Assembly: GCA_964199315.1 (NCBI GenBank)
Contig: OZ116698.1
Location: forward strand, 10,044,001 to 10,108,000
Reading direction: 5' to 3'
Origin: Orbicella franksi
Lineage: Eukaryota
DNA length: 64,000 bases
Shown: piece after piece, positions 12,834-24,862 of the stretch
Layout: each line of letters begins with the position of its first letter
Position numbering within the stretch: the first letter of the stretch is position 1
Notes under the pieces: model-generated
The model's database searches: none
Told to the model about the DNA's origin: nothing
The model's input: the letters and a program-made list of their open reading frames with translations, nothing else
Translations under genes and position numbers: made by a program

Positions 12834-14576
12834 TCATACTGAGCATGTGTGATTGCAACCAGAAAGTAAAGGACTAAGAGAGTAAAGAACGTTTTGGAAC
12901 ATACGTGACAGCAACTTCTTGATTTCCATGCGAAACTTGGGGCTGCAGAGCAGGTAGCAGATCACGTTAACAACACAAGGAATGCACTCTATCATATCTC
13001 CCACGTATCCAAGAAAATAGGAGGGAGTGTACACCTGCAGCGACTGCAGGATTACTAAGATAGAGGCAGGCAAGGTACAGACTGCGAAGACTACAGCAAT
13101 CAAGACAAAAACCTTGAGGGACTTCTTAATAAACATCAGGACATGTTTGCTGCTGGCTTCGGTCCTGATTCTCCGGTTGATATTGATGTAAGCAATAAAG
13201 TAAGCGATCATTTCTACCACAAGTGGGAGAGTGTAAGTGGCCGCTGTCACAGCCAGTCTGTACCCTGGGGCCCACTTGTCAGGATCGCACGCCACGAAGA
13301 GAACACCCACGCGGAGGATGACTGAGGTGATCAAGACACTCAGGAAAGCCTGCGGAGATAATACGTTAGAAAGGGTATTATCTGAGATAAGTTACAGACA
13401 TCTTGCCATCACCTCAACAGCTGCAAATGATCGAAGGATGGGAGCCTGCTAGTTGGGAGGCATCGGTCCTTTTTACTTAAACTGTAAAGCACGAAGGGTG
13501 AAAATGTTTCGAAAAAAGAAACAAAAATTGCTTACCACAAAGTGACTATCGTCTTGATATATTTACAATCAAATCAGATTTCTCCCTGGTGATACGTACG
13601 CCCACAAAAAAATATAAGGAGAGCAGCAATAATAATTTGTGTCAGAGCCATCGACGCTCAAATGATCAATTAATCATGTTAGTGACTGCAGTTAAACTTT
13701 TAGAATAGATTCACAATCAGTCGTACGTTCTTAGAAGAGACGAAAGGAATCCTTCTATCTCCCGAGGTGCTGCATTGCGAAGCATAAAAGTCTGTATATA
13801 CGAGCCAAGTGGCACATCAGGCCAGAACGTATCCCGATTCCGTAGCATGAAGCGACTAGGAGTGTTTCTATTCCCCCCTGGATGGGATGCTAGTCCATCG
13901 CAGGGTTACCCATAGCATTAAATTCGCCGGTACCCATTTATACACCTGGAGGCACTGTGAGAGATAACTGTCTTGCCCAAGAACACAACACAGTGTCCCG
14001 GCCAGGGCTCGAACCCGGACCGTTCGATCCGGCGACGAGCGTACTAACCATGAGGCCACCGCGCCTCCCACTTTTTGCGAAGCTTCAAGAAGACCAAAAT
14101 GTTATGAAGTACTTGCGCAAACGATGACAGGGAATTTGTCAGAAAGTGACACGCAGCTGCGACCAACTGACCTTTTTCTTGACTCCGGAAATCTTTCTTA
14201 TGGAATAGCACATCGTCGGAGAGCATACAGACATGGATCTTTCCAAGCTGATCAGCATCAGGGACAGAGAAGAAGCAAACCTGGCCGTACCCTCCATGTA
14301 CAGCAATGACTTACAGACCGGTCTGCTTATCTGTACCTCCAGGTTCTTTATCACGATAATAGAGCAGGTAAGACACAGATATATCACGTCTGCTGCCGCC
14401 ATCTGAACTATCAGGTAAGTGCTGAGGTCACGAAAAGACTTGTTTCTCAGAAATACCATGAAGAGGAAGGTGTTGGTGATAATCGTGATTAAAAAGATGA
14501 ACGCGTAAAATCCTGTTACGATGTGGTCGAACCATCGCTCCTCTTGGCTTGCAGTGGCAATTAAAAATCCCTTCAT
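12834..14576 (-). CDS. orphan rhodopsin-like (class A) GPCR
   Basis: Exon 14172-14576 carries TM1-3 (ITNTFLFMVF, LIVQMAAADVIY, CK..LMLISLERS). Exon 12834-13349 carries TM4-7 (FAVCTLP, CVVNVICYLL). Phase-0 junction AAG|gtcagt...ccgcag|GCT gives 306 aa. A phase-compatible upstream exon may exist at 15473-15587. Confidence 0.85.
13795..14070 (-). mobile_element. tRNA-derived SINE (family 2), near full length, in GPCR intron
   Basis: Head GGGAGGCGCGGTGGCCTCATGGTTAG...GGTTCGAGCCC plus the same body as the copies at 4040 and 39697. Confidence 0.88.
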
Positions 14577-15625
14577 CTCTAAGAAAAACGGAAAAAAATA
14601 AAGTATTGGTGATCCGTGGCAGAAAAATCAGGGGTGTCTTGGGGAGCTGACTTGAAATTTTCCAAAAGAAAGTGACTGATTTCCCGATAGCGAAACATTT
14701 TGACGCCGCCCAACACTCTCTGCATTCCAAATACTGCTATTACCTTTATTATGTGGCTAGCTCCGTAAGCGGGGAAGATAAACCGAACATTGAGCTGTGA
14801 TTGGCTACCTGAGCGGACAAGACGGAGCTATGTTGCTCGCTCGGAATTATATCCGCTGTGTCCCGCAAGAAAATAGCGTTCTCTTTCCATATGTAATATA
14901 TTCTTTATTGACCAAGCTTGTTCAGTCAAGATAGGCGGATATTGGTCTCGTTCTTTTTTTGCGTGTTTATGGACCTAGAAGGAGTCGAGGCCCATAAACC
15001 CGCAAAAATTGAAAAACACTTGGCCGATATCCAGCCATCTTAATTGACCTCAAGCTTGGTCAATAACCTATAATGTATAATCAGCTCACATAATTTACCG
15101 GAATGAGGAACCACCCCCTGGAAGCAGCATGAAATGGACCTGATCTTCAGAATCGGAATTATTGAGCCGAATGGTCCATACATATATGCAGCCTGAGTCA
15201 TTTTCTATGACTATGAGCTACAGCTGCTGTAGGCACTTCAGACTAAAATTTCTTCACGTGTCCGTGCAACAGACTTCACCCACTCCGTTGAAGGGTTGTG
15301 GCTAAAGCATTTGCGTTCTCAAACCTTTTGGCATTTTTTCTCGATATTACAACATTTTCTTCTCTTTTCTTTTATATTTTTATGAAACATATATCCCAAC
15401 AGAGATATTTCAGGACTCGAATTCGCAAGCTGTGTCTACTGAGCTGATACCTTGCAATATCAAGTCACTGACCTGAGTATATAGTCGATTTTTTTTTTCT
15501 TTTTTGGCAGAATTGGGTACGGTGGAAACCTAATCGTACGTTTTCGTTATACCTTGGTGGCATATCAGCCTTGTTTTGTCTTGCCATGGGTATTTTGGCG
15601 AGAGGCAGTCGAAACATCGTCAGCA

Positions 15626-15630
15626 TCATT

Positions 15631-15664
<34 letters not shown>

Positions 15665-15690
15665 ACATCATCGTAATCATTATCATGATT
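15626..15690. repeat. (ATC)n microsatellite
   Basis: Direct reading of the tandem CAT/ATC units. Confidence 0.9.
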
Positions 15691-18600
15691 TCATGTTCCT
15701 CTACTGGAAAAATGATTATAGCGAAAAATGGCTCGACCAAACTTGTCTGATGTGCTAGCGGTGCGTGGCCCAAAGGTACGATTAGATACAATCAGCGCTG
15801 ATCAAGTGTCAAGCACCACACACCCGACCACGTTGAATATATATAGAATTTATCGCTCAATTTATTCAAAGTACAATGCAGCTGCATTCGTCACCAATAC
15901 AAATCCATGTTTACGAGATTTCAAGACAATCCCTGATAAACCCCAACAAGAGATATTGGCAGTTAACGCAAATTCCATAATTCTAATTTTAAAGAAATTT
16001 TTTTTCTCTTATTTTGAATTAAGTACGACAAACGAACAATAGAGACGTAGAGTCGAATGCTCTATTTTGTCTGGAAACACATGGAGTTCGTTCAATCAGG
16101 CGTTTTTACAGGTCCACTCAAATGGAAGCGGGAAAGGAAAATCAACCTTGATCCCAGGCTATCTCGTGTCAGCGACAAACACCGCGAGAGCAACACCGCT
16201 GCGTTACAAGAAAAAATGGCGGCTGCTCGTGGTCTAAATGACGCGACAAGTCCTTCAGACAGAGCAAAAAACTTAAAGAATGGTTCAAAAAAGTGTTCAT
16301 TTTAATTAAGAAAACAGACGCTTATATTACAATTTTCATTGTGTTTGATTGCCATGTACTCGGTTGCTCGTCATTCGCGTAATTAGTAACTACCGCACAC
16401 TAAAACACGTAATCAGATTTTTCTCATGATAACATCTTTTCTGTCGAATTTAATCATTTCAACAGAACTTTTTCAAAAGGAAGCGTTATATTCCTCTTGT
16501 AAAGTAAATAAACATATTTTATCTTTGTCAAAACTAAACTTATCCCAGAGTAGGACGCTACTCAATCCTATTGTTCAGGAGTCAGTTAAATTGATTTTGT
16601 GTCTTTTGGTCGGAGTTCGCACATTATATAACGAAACTGAGCAATTTAGACTATAAGAGCTACAAAAATATACAGATCCAGTTGACATATTTATTTTGCT
16701 ATTTCTAGGAATCATTGCACTGTTTTCTGTTCTGTAAGCCACCATTTCTTCGGACACGAATTTCGAAAAAATCTAATTTATTCGCAACAAAAAAGAGTTA
16801 AAAGAAATACTAACAGCATCTTGTTGCAAACTTAACTGATGGCCTGAATTAGGTCCTTTAGGAAAGAAACTTTAATTAATAACATTCTAAATGAATGGTC
16901 GACACTCGACCAAACGAGACGGAAGAACAGAGAACATTACACAGTAATGAACTTTTAATTTAACGAAAATGTGAAAAGATTAAGAAAGAACAGTATCGTT
17001 GAGAACTATTTTTGTTCTCATGAACGTTTCTTTCAATTCAGAAGAGGTAGTCTGATATTTTTTGTTTTGAGTTAACCAATTTTGTCTGTTTGACGTCTCT
17101 CTTACGTCGATGAATTTCGGATAAATTTATGTCCGATAAAAAGATACAAAAAGCAACTGTGTTTGGCTAAGCTAATATCCACACGGCTCATAAAATTTGC
17201 TTTAAAACGCAGAATTTGGTCCTAGTTTGTCAAAAAAGAATTTCCTGAACAATGAGTTACCTATTTGACTAATGTATCCTGTTAAATTTCAGATGCGATA
17301 AATTAAAAAAAATATACACTGTCATTTTAGAAACTAAAATTAGACCGGTAGTTTCCTTTACCTTAGCTTAGCTTTGGTCTCCGTGCGCTTGAAGTAAAGT
17401 TAGCGAGGTAATCTTCCAGTACGATTTTTCCAGTTTACTCGTCGGATCATCAAACTTAGCAGAGCAGTAACTGCCTCTATACCCTAACAAAGTGGACGAA
17501 AACATCATACTCCTTTCAAGGGTACTTTTAATATTCCAGAGAGCCAATCAGAATTACTTAAGGAAACCTCAAAGTCTCTCACCTGGTTAAGTTAAGAATG
17601 GGTGCGGTCTCTTTACTTCATTTACATTGACGTACTCTTCTTTGTGGACGGAAGACAATGTTTTTTATCCACGCGCCGACGTTTGAGTGATATTTCAAAT
17701 CTCTCTTGAAAGCCATTTGACATAATCATTGAGCACAAATGAGAAAGAAAAGTAAAAAGTTAAAAGAAACGACAATCAAGGTGTAATGTTTCACAATCAA
17801 ATGAATAGTGCATGACGCCTTCTCGGGCGCACGCGAAACACACGACATGGACATCAGATGTGTATTATTCCTCTCTCAAGCTCTATACTTAAGAAATGCC
17901 CCACGAGTCCCTTGAACTTTTTCGGTCTACACAAGAGCCTTTCAATAGGCGAGTGGGTAAACCAAGAAAATGCATGTGACAAGTGGGATATTCCGTGTTA
18001 TACCACGAGAGAGCGCAGCATGACTATTTTATTTATACCATGCCATAGAAAATACAGTGATCAACACAATCAACGCCACACAGGCGCGGCGCATGATGGG
18101 AATGTTGGATGTCATACCGACGATTATACAACGGCTTTCCTGTACTCTGATTAGCCTAATTCTCTATGGCGTGGCATAACTTCACTGCACTGAAGTTTAC
18201 CTTTAGTCGACTGAGTTCGTAATATTTTTAAGTGACCCGCCGAATCAGACTCAACTGAGTTTTTTTTCCTCTTGAATCAGGTGTAACGTGTAACAAAGCT
18301 AAACTTTGGAATGCGTCTCATTTATCTTGAGTGTCGTAGTACATGAGGTAAGTCATTCATAACGGTTATCTGGGGCGGATACAGGATTTTAGAGAGGGGG
18401 TTTCGAGATACGGACCGCCGAAGACTGTCCCCTGTCTGAGGGGGTCCGGAGGCAAATTTTTAAAATTGAGATTCTCGGAAATAAGATTTCCGGCATTGAG
18501 GCCAAGTCAGCGTGTCAGGCAACGTTGTAATTCCATTAAGGATTGAATGCACTTACATACATTTTTAAAAGTTCTATGACGTTAGCTGTTTTAATTTAAG

Positions 18601-20220
18601 GGGTTCGACCGGACCCCCCCCCCCCCCCCCCGATTATATGAAGAAGGAAGATTGTGATAAGCATCCATGTGTTAAGTTCAATGCTGTTTCTCGCTAGTAT
18701 CGTATACGCAGTTTTTGTGCATTTGATCGGGGTATGGCTTTTCCTAGCACTGACCAGGAATGGGGTTCGTATGTACCTTGCACGTAAACTGCAAGATTTA
18801 CTACTTGCCACTCTTTTCCTATCCACTATCTTGTTTAATAAGACCCACGTAACTGATAAATACCCCCGCCCCCACCAACAAACTTGCAGCATGCACAAAA
18901 CAATGGTGACTGTATTTCACACTTTTTCAGGTCAAGAAAAAAGCCATACTTCCTGCAGAACACAACCCCTTATCTGTTAAACAAGCGACTCTAACCAGTG
19001 ACGGAGCTATTGTACGAAAGAGTCTCACTCATTTTAAGACCTCGCGGCACAAAACACTTCAACGCCGTCACATCTTCACTCCGCCTCAATCTCTCTCTCT
19101 AACCAACGAAACTAGGCGCACATAAACTAGGCGAGAGTTCCAAGGCAACTTCAGACAGGACAACTAATATCATTTTAAAGTTCTTCTTAAAGACAGTTGT
19201 CGTTTCACTTGTCGCTACAACCACAACTCTAAATATAACTAAGCCCTTGGCTTATCCTAATATAAATCTATTTACACTCTCTATTATCATAGGAATTATT
19301 TATAACCTTTTTCTTGCCGTTATTACCTGGGCGTTTAATCTTCATGTTAACATCGAAGTACTCTAAGAAAATGATCAATAACTGATCAAAACGGCTGAAA
19401 AAAGCTGGGAAAATCACCATTATACCACTATGCACGAACAATACTTAGTGAACTTTCAACTTTCTTAGTTTTTGCTTGTACCAAAGAAACAAGAAAACCA
19501 CTGCTGACGTCTCAAATGGCTTTTCGCGGGAAAGAAAGCGCGTTCCTCGCCCGCAAGCACATCTGAAATACGAGACAGACAGCCGGAAATTCGCCTGCGT
19601 TCGCAGCCTATTTGTTTGCCAGATTTATCGGACATACATGCACTTGTAACAAGCATTCGTCAAGATAAAAATCGGCTTGGATTGAAAGTAGCCTCTAGAG
19701 GAATGTATAGAAATATGAAATCTCAAAGAGGCGCTTTCAAGCACTGATTAACCCTTCGCACTACATTTTAACTCTTTTCCCAGGTATCTCGACTGTGAGT
19801 TTTTTTCTGAAACCGACGTTAGTGGAAATTATTTGACATCAATTAAATATAAAAACGCTGTGTTTTGCGCGTGATAAAGAAAACAAACTAGTAAGTCAAT
19901 AATATTTTTTGCGCTGCCACAGAACAGGGCCGATTTACTACCTCGTAAACCGTTTATTGTATGGCCGTCTGCCAAACCGTAGCGTTCAGTTATGAAAAAA
20001 GAACCTGTAAAGTAGTAAACGTAAAGGCTTCCTAATGGCATAGGTTGAAGAAATGTTTTCAAACCAAAGGTAACATGAACAAAACATTAACATCTTCGAT
20101 AACATATGGACAAAATAAATCTATCTTTCTTAACTCAACATTTGTAAAAATTAAAATAACTGGAGGCTATCGGAAGTTGACAATGTCGTTGCCGTCACCG
20201 CTAATGGGTTGGTCAAGGTT

Positions 20221-23200
20221 CTACGTATTGGCGGGTGAACACTCTGGAGAAGGCGTATCCAGAGACCTTGCCGTGAAAACCACTATCTTGCTGCTTTCCA
20301 ACAACGCACCCCTGTCACAAAAGCTGTTTTCTCGAAGGTTGGAGTAGACAGATTTTTTGGGACGCGGGTGACCTTTGTAATATGAATCATCTGTCTGTGA
20401 GGGCGTATTCCTTGTCATATTCACCTCGGTGTTGGTTCCCTGATGTTTTACTGGCGTTAAGTACCTGGCCATTTTCCTAGTCGAAGTCTTAATGACGTGC
20501 TCGAACGCTTGACCGTTGAAGCTCTGGAACGCTTCCAGTCGAGCTTTCTGCAGGCGTGTCAGGGGCTTGGACTCTACAGGCGTTATACTGGATCGGGCGG
20601 AAGCCTCGGGAGGACTCTGTTCTGGAATAGGGGCCATTCCACTCAAGCTGCGCACGTGCTTTTCTCGTGCGTACACGTGATCTTCACATGTTTCGACAGG
20701 AGGGGTTTCATTGGCTGCATTCTGCATTGAAGCATCTGCGATTTCATTTACTTCGTTTGAATCGCAGGCTTCTGTTTGCATTTCACTGTCTCTGGACCCA
20801 CCAATTTGAGTAGATTCATCAACTACCTGGAGACCTGTTTGGGAAGAAAATTCTGCAGTGTGTTCATTCAGGGCTATCTCGACATCAATACCACTTTCTT
20901 GTTGGCAAGTACTTTGTCTATCACATGTTACCATGCCAACTGGCTTCAGCGAATCATCAAGGATTTCCGGTTTCTCAACTGATTGACAGGTGTCGTCAAC
21001 TGTCACTGCCACGCCCTCAGATGCGGGTGGACTATCCTTGGACTTCCAAACATTTTCCAGACTCTGTCCTCCGAAACTCTTCAGAGCCTCTAACTGCGAA
21101 GCTTGAACCTTTGTTAGTCGACTTCCTTTGGTAGAGCTTTTTCGCCGCATTATGGCTGAACTTCTTCTTCTTGAGGCTGACCTTCTGTTTTGTTTGCCCT
21201 TACTGGTGGATTTTCTCTTTTCTTTCACACTTTTTTCAATGGATCTCCTTCCGAAACTTTTCTTTGTGTCCTTTTTGATAGTCTCAACGTTCTTGATTCC
21301 TGAAAGGTTGGCTTCAACTCCAAGTCTTCCTCGTCTCTTGCCATTTTGTTGTTGCTCTTGTACCCTTCCTTCTATAAGCGTGCTAAGAGGAGCATTTCCA
21401 AAAGCCTGCTGCGCTTCAAGTTTACATCTCTCTAGTCTAGTAAGTCTCTTTTTTGCATTTTGTGTTTCAGGTTGTGTTTCTGATTTCTTCTCTATGACAC
21501 TAGCTTTTCGCTTCTGGCCAAGGGAAATATTCTTAAATGCTTCATTAGCTTCCTGTCTGGCTTTTTCCATTCTACGGAGAAAAATAGAAGGATTATTGAT
21601 TGGCTATTATAATCCCAATCAAATGCAATTAACAAATTTGCAGACTCTGCATTTCACAAGTCACATTTTATTTTCACCTTGAAGTTCATAAGATCTGGGA
21701 GTATATTGGCTTAAAACTGTCATCAGTGCATTGTGGGTAAAGGGTTAAGTGGCCAATCAGGATAGTACTTAGTTCCTACATTCACTTCACTGGTACCCAT
21801 TTTTAGAAAATAGCCCAAAGCAAACACGTGCACTGATTGGTTCAAAAGCATGTTTCAGATTCTATAACTTGATAGAAACACGGAACTAGCACTAGCTGTT
21901 GACATAATGATGGCCCAAGAAAAGAGAATTTACATTTTGACAATCAAAGTAAGCAAGTTGTTTCCTTTTTTTCTGTTGTAGTATTTTATAAAAGAAATAG
22001 AAAACATGTTTTCTGTGTTTCTGTTGAGTTATAGAAACACTTGTGAAAGTTTGGGAGAACCCAAAAAAGTGCATGGGAACATGAGCCAAAGCTGTGGAAA
22101 CAATCAAATGTCAGCTCGTGTTCCCACAATATTTCCTATTCTCCCAAACTTCCACTTGCATTTCTATACTTGTTGATAGAAACATGGTACATTCTTTCTA
22201 TTTCTGAAACACAGTGAGACTCAAAAGCATTCTTGTTCCCAGAGCCAGGTGTCCTTCATAGCCAGCAGGGCCAAGGTGGCTGTGAAGACACATGATTTGA
22301 TTGAGTAGCCTCTTGAAGTAAGATTTTCATTAACTCAACACCATTGACTTGCTGCAAATATCTGGCTGATCTCAAACTAAGTCATATGATCATAAAACCA
22401 ACAAACCTTCAGGAGTTTAAAACTGGCTTACAGGGAGAATTTTCAGTGAAGTCCTCTAAAACGAAACTTATGTAAAATTCTCCTCCCAACAAGGATGTTA
22501 TTACAATTTTAAATTCCCTTCGATAAAGTCTGTTAAAATCTGTTGGTGCTGCAATCAAATGAGTCGAGATGGAGATCACTTTTTTGGGAAGGAAACCAGT
22601 ATTGAATTTAGCAAAAATCTTGGTCCAAAAATTTGGCGAATTAAATCATGTGCCTACAGAACCAGCGTTTCCCCATGTACAGCCTCAGGCCCCATGAGCT
22701 AAGATGGATTGGTGGCTTTGGGGACAAGGATCGACAAAAGGACAACTGTGACCCCATGCGGACAAAACTAGCAATCAGTCACTTGAGTCTGGCACACTGT
22801 CTAACCGTTGTTACTGATCCAAGGTGCACAAATATCAATAATAGGGATTGCCCTTTGGGCAAATTCTAACTATAATGCACTAGGCTGAAAGTCATTCTCC
22901 CCTGCCCCCCAAAATTTCACCTTCTACCAGACTTCTGTAGTCTAAATTTCTGCAAAAATTTTCCAAAGAAAGTTTACATGCCCATTGAAGGACAGAATCC
23001 ACTAACCCAACTGTAAAATCCACTAGCCCAAGCTATCAGACACAGTTTTCCTTGCAACCAGGGCTTGAAAAAAGTGCTGTCTGGTCACCCAGGGCAAGTA
23101 GATTTTCCTTTCCAGCAAGTAACGTTTCATTCTCACTTGCCTGCTTGGCAAGGGCCCAGGCAAGTCATCTGCCAACTAAATAAAACAATGTAAACTAAGA

Positions 23201-24667
23201 CTTGCCCAGGGCAAGCTGGAATATAAGTTTCTTACAAGCCTTGCACCCTATGATCAAAGCTCTCTTACCGAGTTGGTCTCCTGATTGACTCTTTTCTTGA
23301 GGATGCACTTTTAGCTGCAGTCACTTTCAGTTTTGACTTAAAACAGTCTCTCTTCACAACCAATGAATTAAATGGGCAGTTTCCAAAGGCAGAAAGTGCC
23401 TCACGTCTTGCTTGCTCCACCTGTTTTCCATTGAAAGAGAAAAAAAAAGTCTATTACGATATTGTTATTATTATATTGTCACAGATGCATTCCTGTGTGG
23501 GGCTGTATGGTTTTGATGTGAGACAGTTCAGAAAAGGCCATCCAGCCTCACACAAGTCTGCAATAAATGAATAATTCATTTGGTGAGTACAATCCACAAC
23601 ATTGTTTACCAATATTTTTTCTACAACTTCCCAACAAAGTCAAGCTTATTATGGATGGTAATTATGATAGAGTACTTTCTGACAGAGTTTAAATTGGCAG
23701 GGCAAAAACATTTATGGCTGTTCAGTCTTGGTCATTTTGCAGGGACGTCCTTTAGCTTGGTCTGTATGCCATGACCTTACTGCCAGCCAAAATTATATTT
23801 TCTAGTCTGGCCCCTCCACACAGTTGTGATTTAAGGCATGATATTGCATCTTCAAATGAACGAAGATCAGCAAACATGCAGATATATGTTTCTTTATGAG
23901 TATTTTATTGATAGACTGGTAGTATTTTCAGTCACTAAATAATACCTTTGTGAGCCTTTTCTCTGATGATGTGTTAATGGGAGGTACATTTTCCTGTAGC
24001 ACTGGATTTTTCCCTGCAATACAGTATAACATTAAAATGTTTTGTTTCTGGTGATGTAAATTGAAGGACTAGAGGCAAAGGGTGTACCGTGTTAACAGCT
24101 TTTCAACAAGCCTTATTGAGCCAACATTTTGGTTTGCTGTTGTTGAGCAAAATGCTTTAACTGTTTGATACAGCAATGTTGGAAGATGGAAGATATTCGT
24201 AAAATGTGTTGCAAAGCTAAGAATCGTTGTACTGGCAGTATAAAGTCTTAATCAGACATTTTTCGGCAATTTTAACATATTTAACTTAACGTCTTACGTT
24301 TAAGCTTATTTACACTAATTGTACTGTAATGAACTAAGCTTACATGTACTGTAATGCCAAATGATGGTTATGCAGGATTTAGCTCCGTTTCAGACGAACT
24401 CAAAAAGCCTTATCATTCCCATCGATTTTAAGCATTTTTGTAACCAGTCCGTTTTATCGGTGTTCTGAAAATCCAATTAATAGTAAGATTGCGTTCCTAA
24501 AACAAGATCAGAAAATGTTTTGTTTTGCTCGAAAAACCACACAAACAATCCGGGGAGCGCAAGCCGAGCTGAGGTAGGTTTTCGTCCGCGATTGCTACTT
24601 TTGCGCTGTACTAATCACATACACACGACTCACCTCCATCCAGACTGACAATTACATCAGATGCCAT
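20221..24667 (-). CDS. uncharacterised 534-aa low-complexity protein with five dispersed LT[RK]xxxARxEAxxxFG repeats
   Basis: Exons 24634-24667, 23946-24013, 23269-23420 and 20221-21571, all GT-AG with matching phases (1, 0, 2); total 1605 nt, open frame. The repeat motif is only completed across exon junctions, which supports the model. Confidence 0.85.
23059..23243. mobile_element. small hAT-like MITE
   Basis: Termini CAGGGCTTG...CAAGCCTTG and internal inverted GGGCAAG motifs. Confidence 0.5.
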
Positions 24668-24862
24668 GATAGTGCAACACAATAGTTTAGATTTGGGAGA
24701 GCAATAAGACAATTATGTTTAGCGATTTTCGCTCGATCCGTTACTTTGAAATTTTCCCTCCAAAATAAACACGAAATGCACCTGCGCAGAAACAATTACC
24801 GCATTGTATTAGATCGTGGGCTCGTAAATTTCGCTGGAAATACTGCAAGTGTCATTACAAAG

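Noticed and set aside
15465-15791. poly-Met and poly-His ORFs
   Set aside because: Produced by the (ATC)n microsatellite.
18596-18980. hydrophobic 108-aa + ORF and its antisense ORF
   Set aside because: GTG start, no supporting splice context or paralog; cannot be distinguished from chance.
21128-21682. 184-aa + strand hydrophobic ORF (and others at 20497-21134)
   Set aside because: Antisense shadow of the K/R/E-rich exon on the - strand.
24560-24810. possible + strand 5'UTR intron of MEI1 overlapping exon 1 of the divergent gene
   Set aside because: Only a donor-like GAG|gtaggt supports it; it needs transcript data.
24746-24862. upstream extension of MEI1 from a TTG start; also read-through past 26246 and the GTG start at 26884
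   Set aside because: Non-ATG starts are artefacts of the ORF track. MEI1 homology begins after ATG 24863 and the real boundaries are splice sites.
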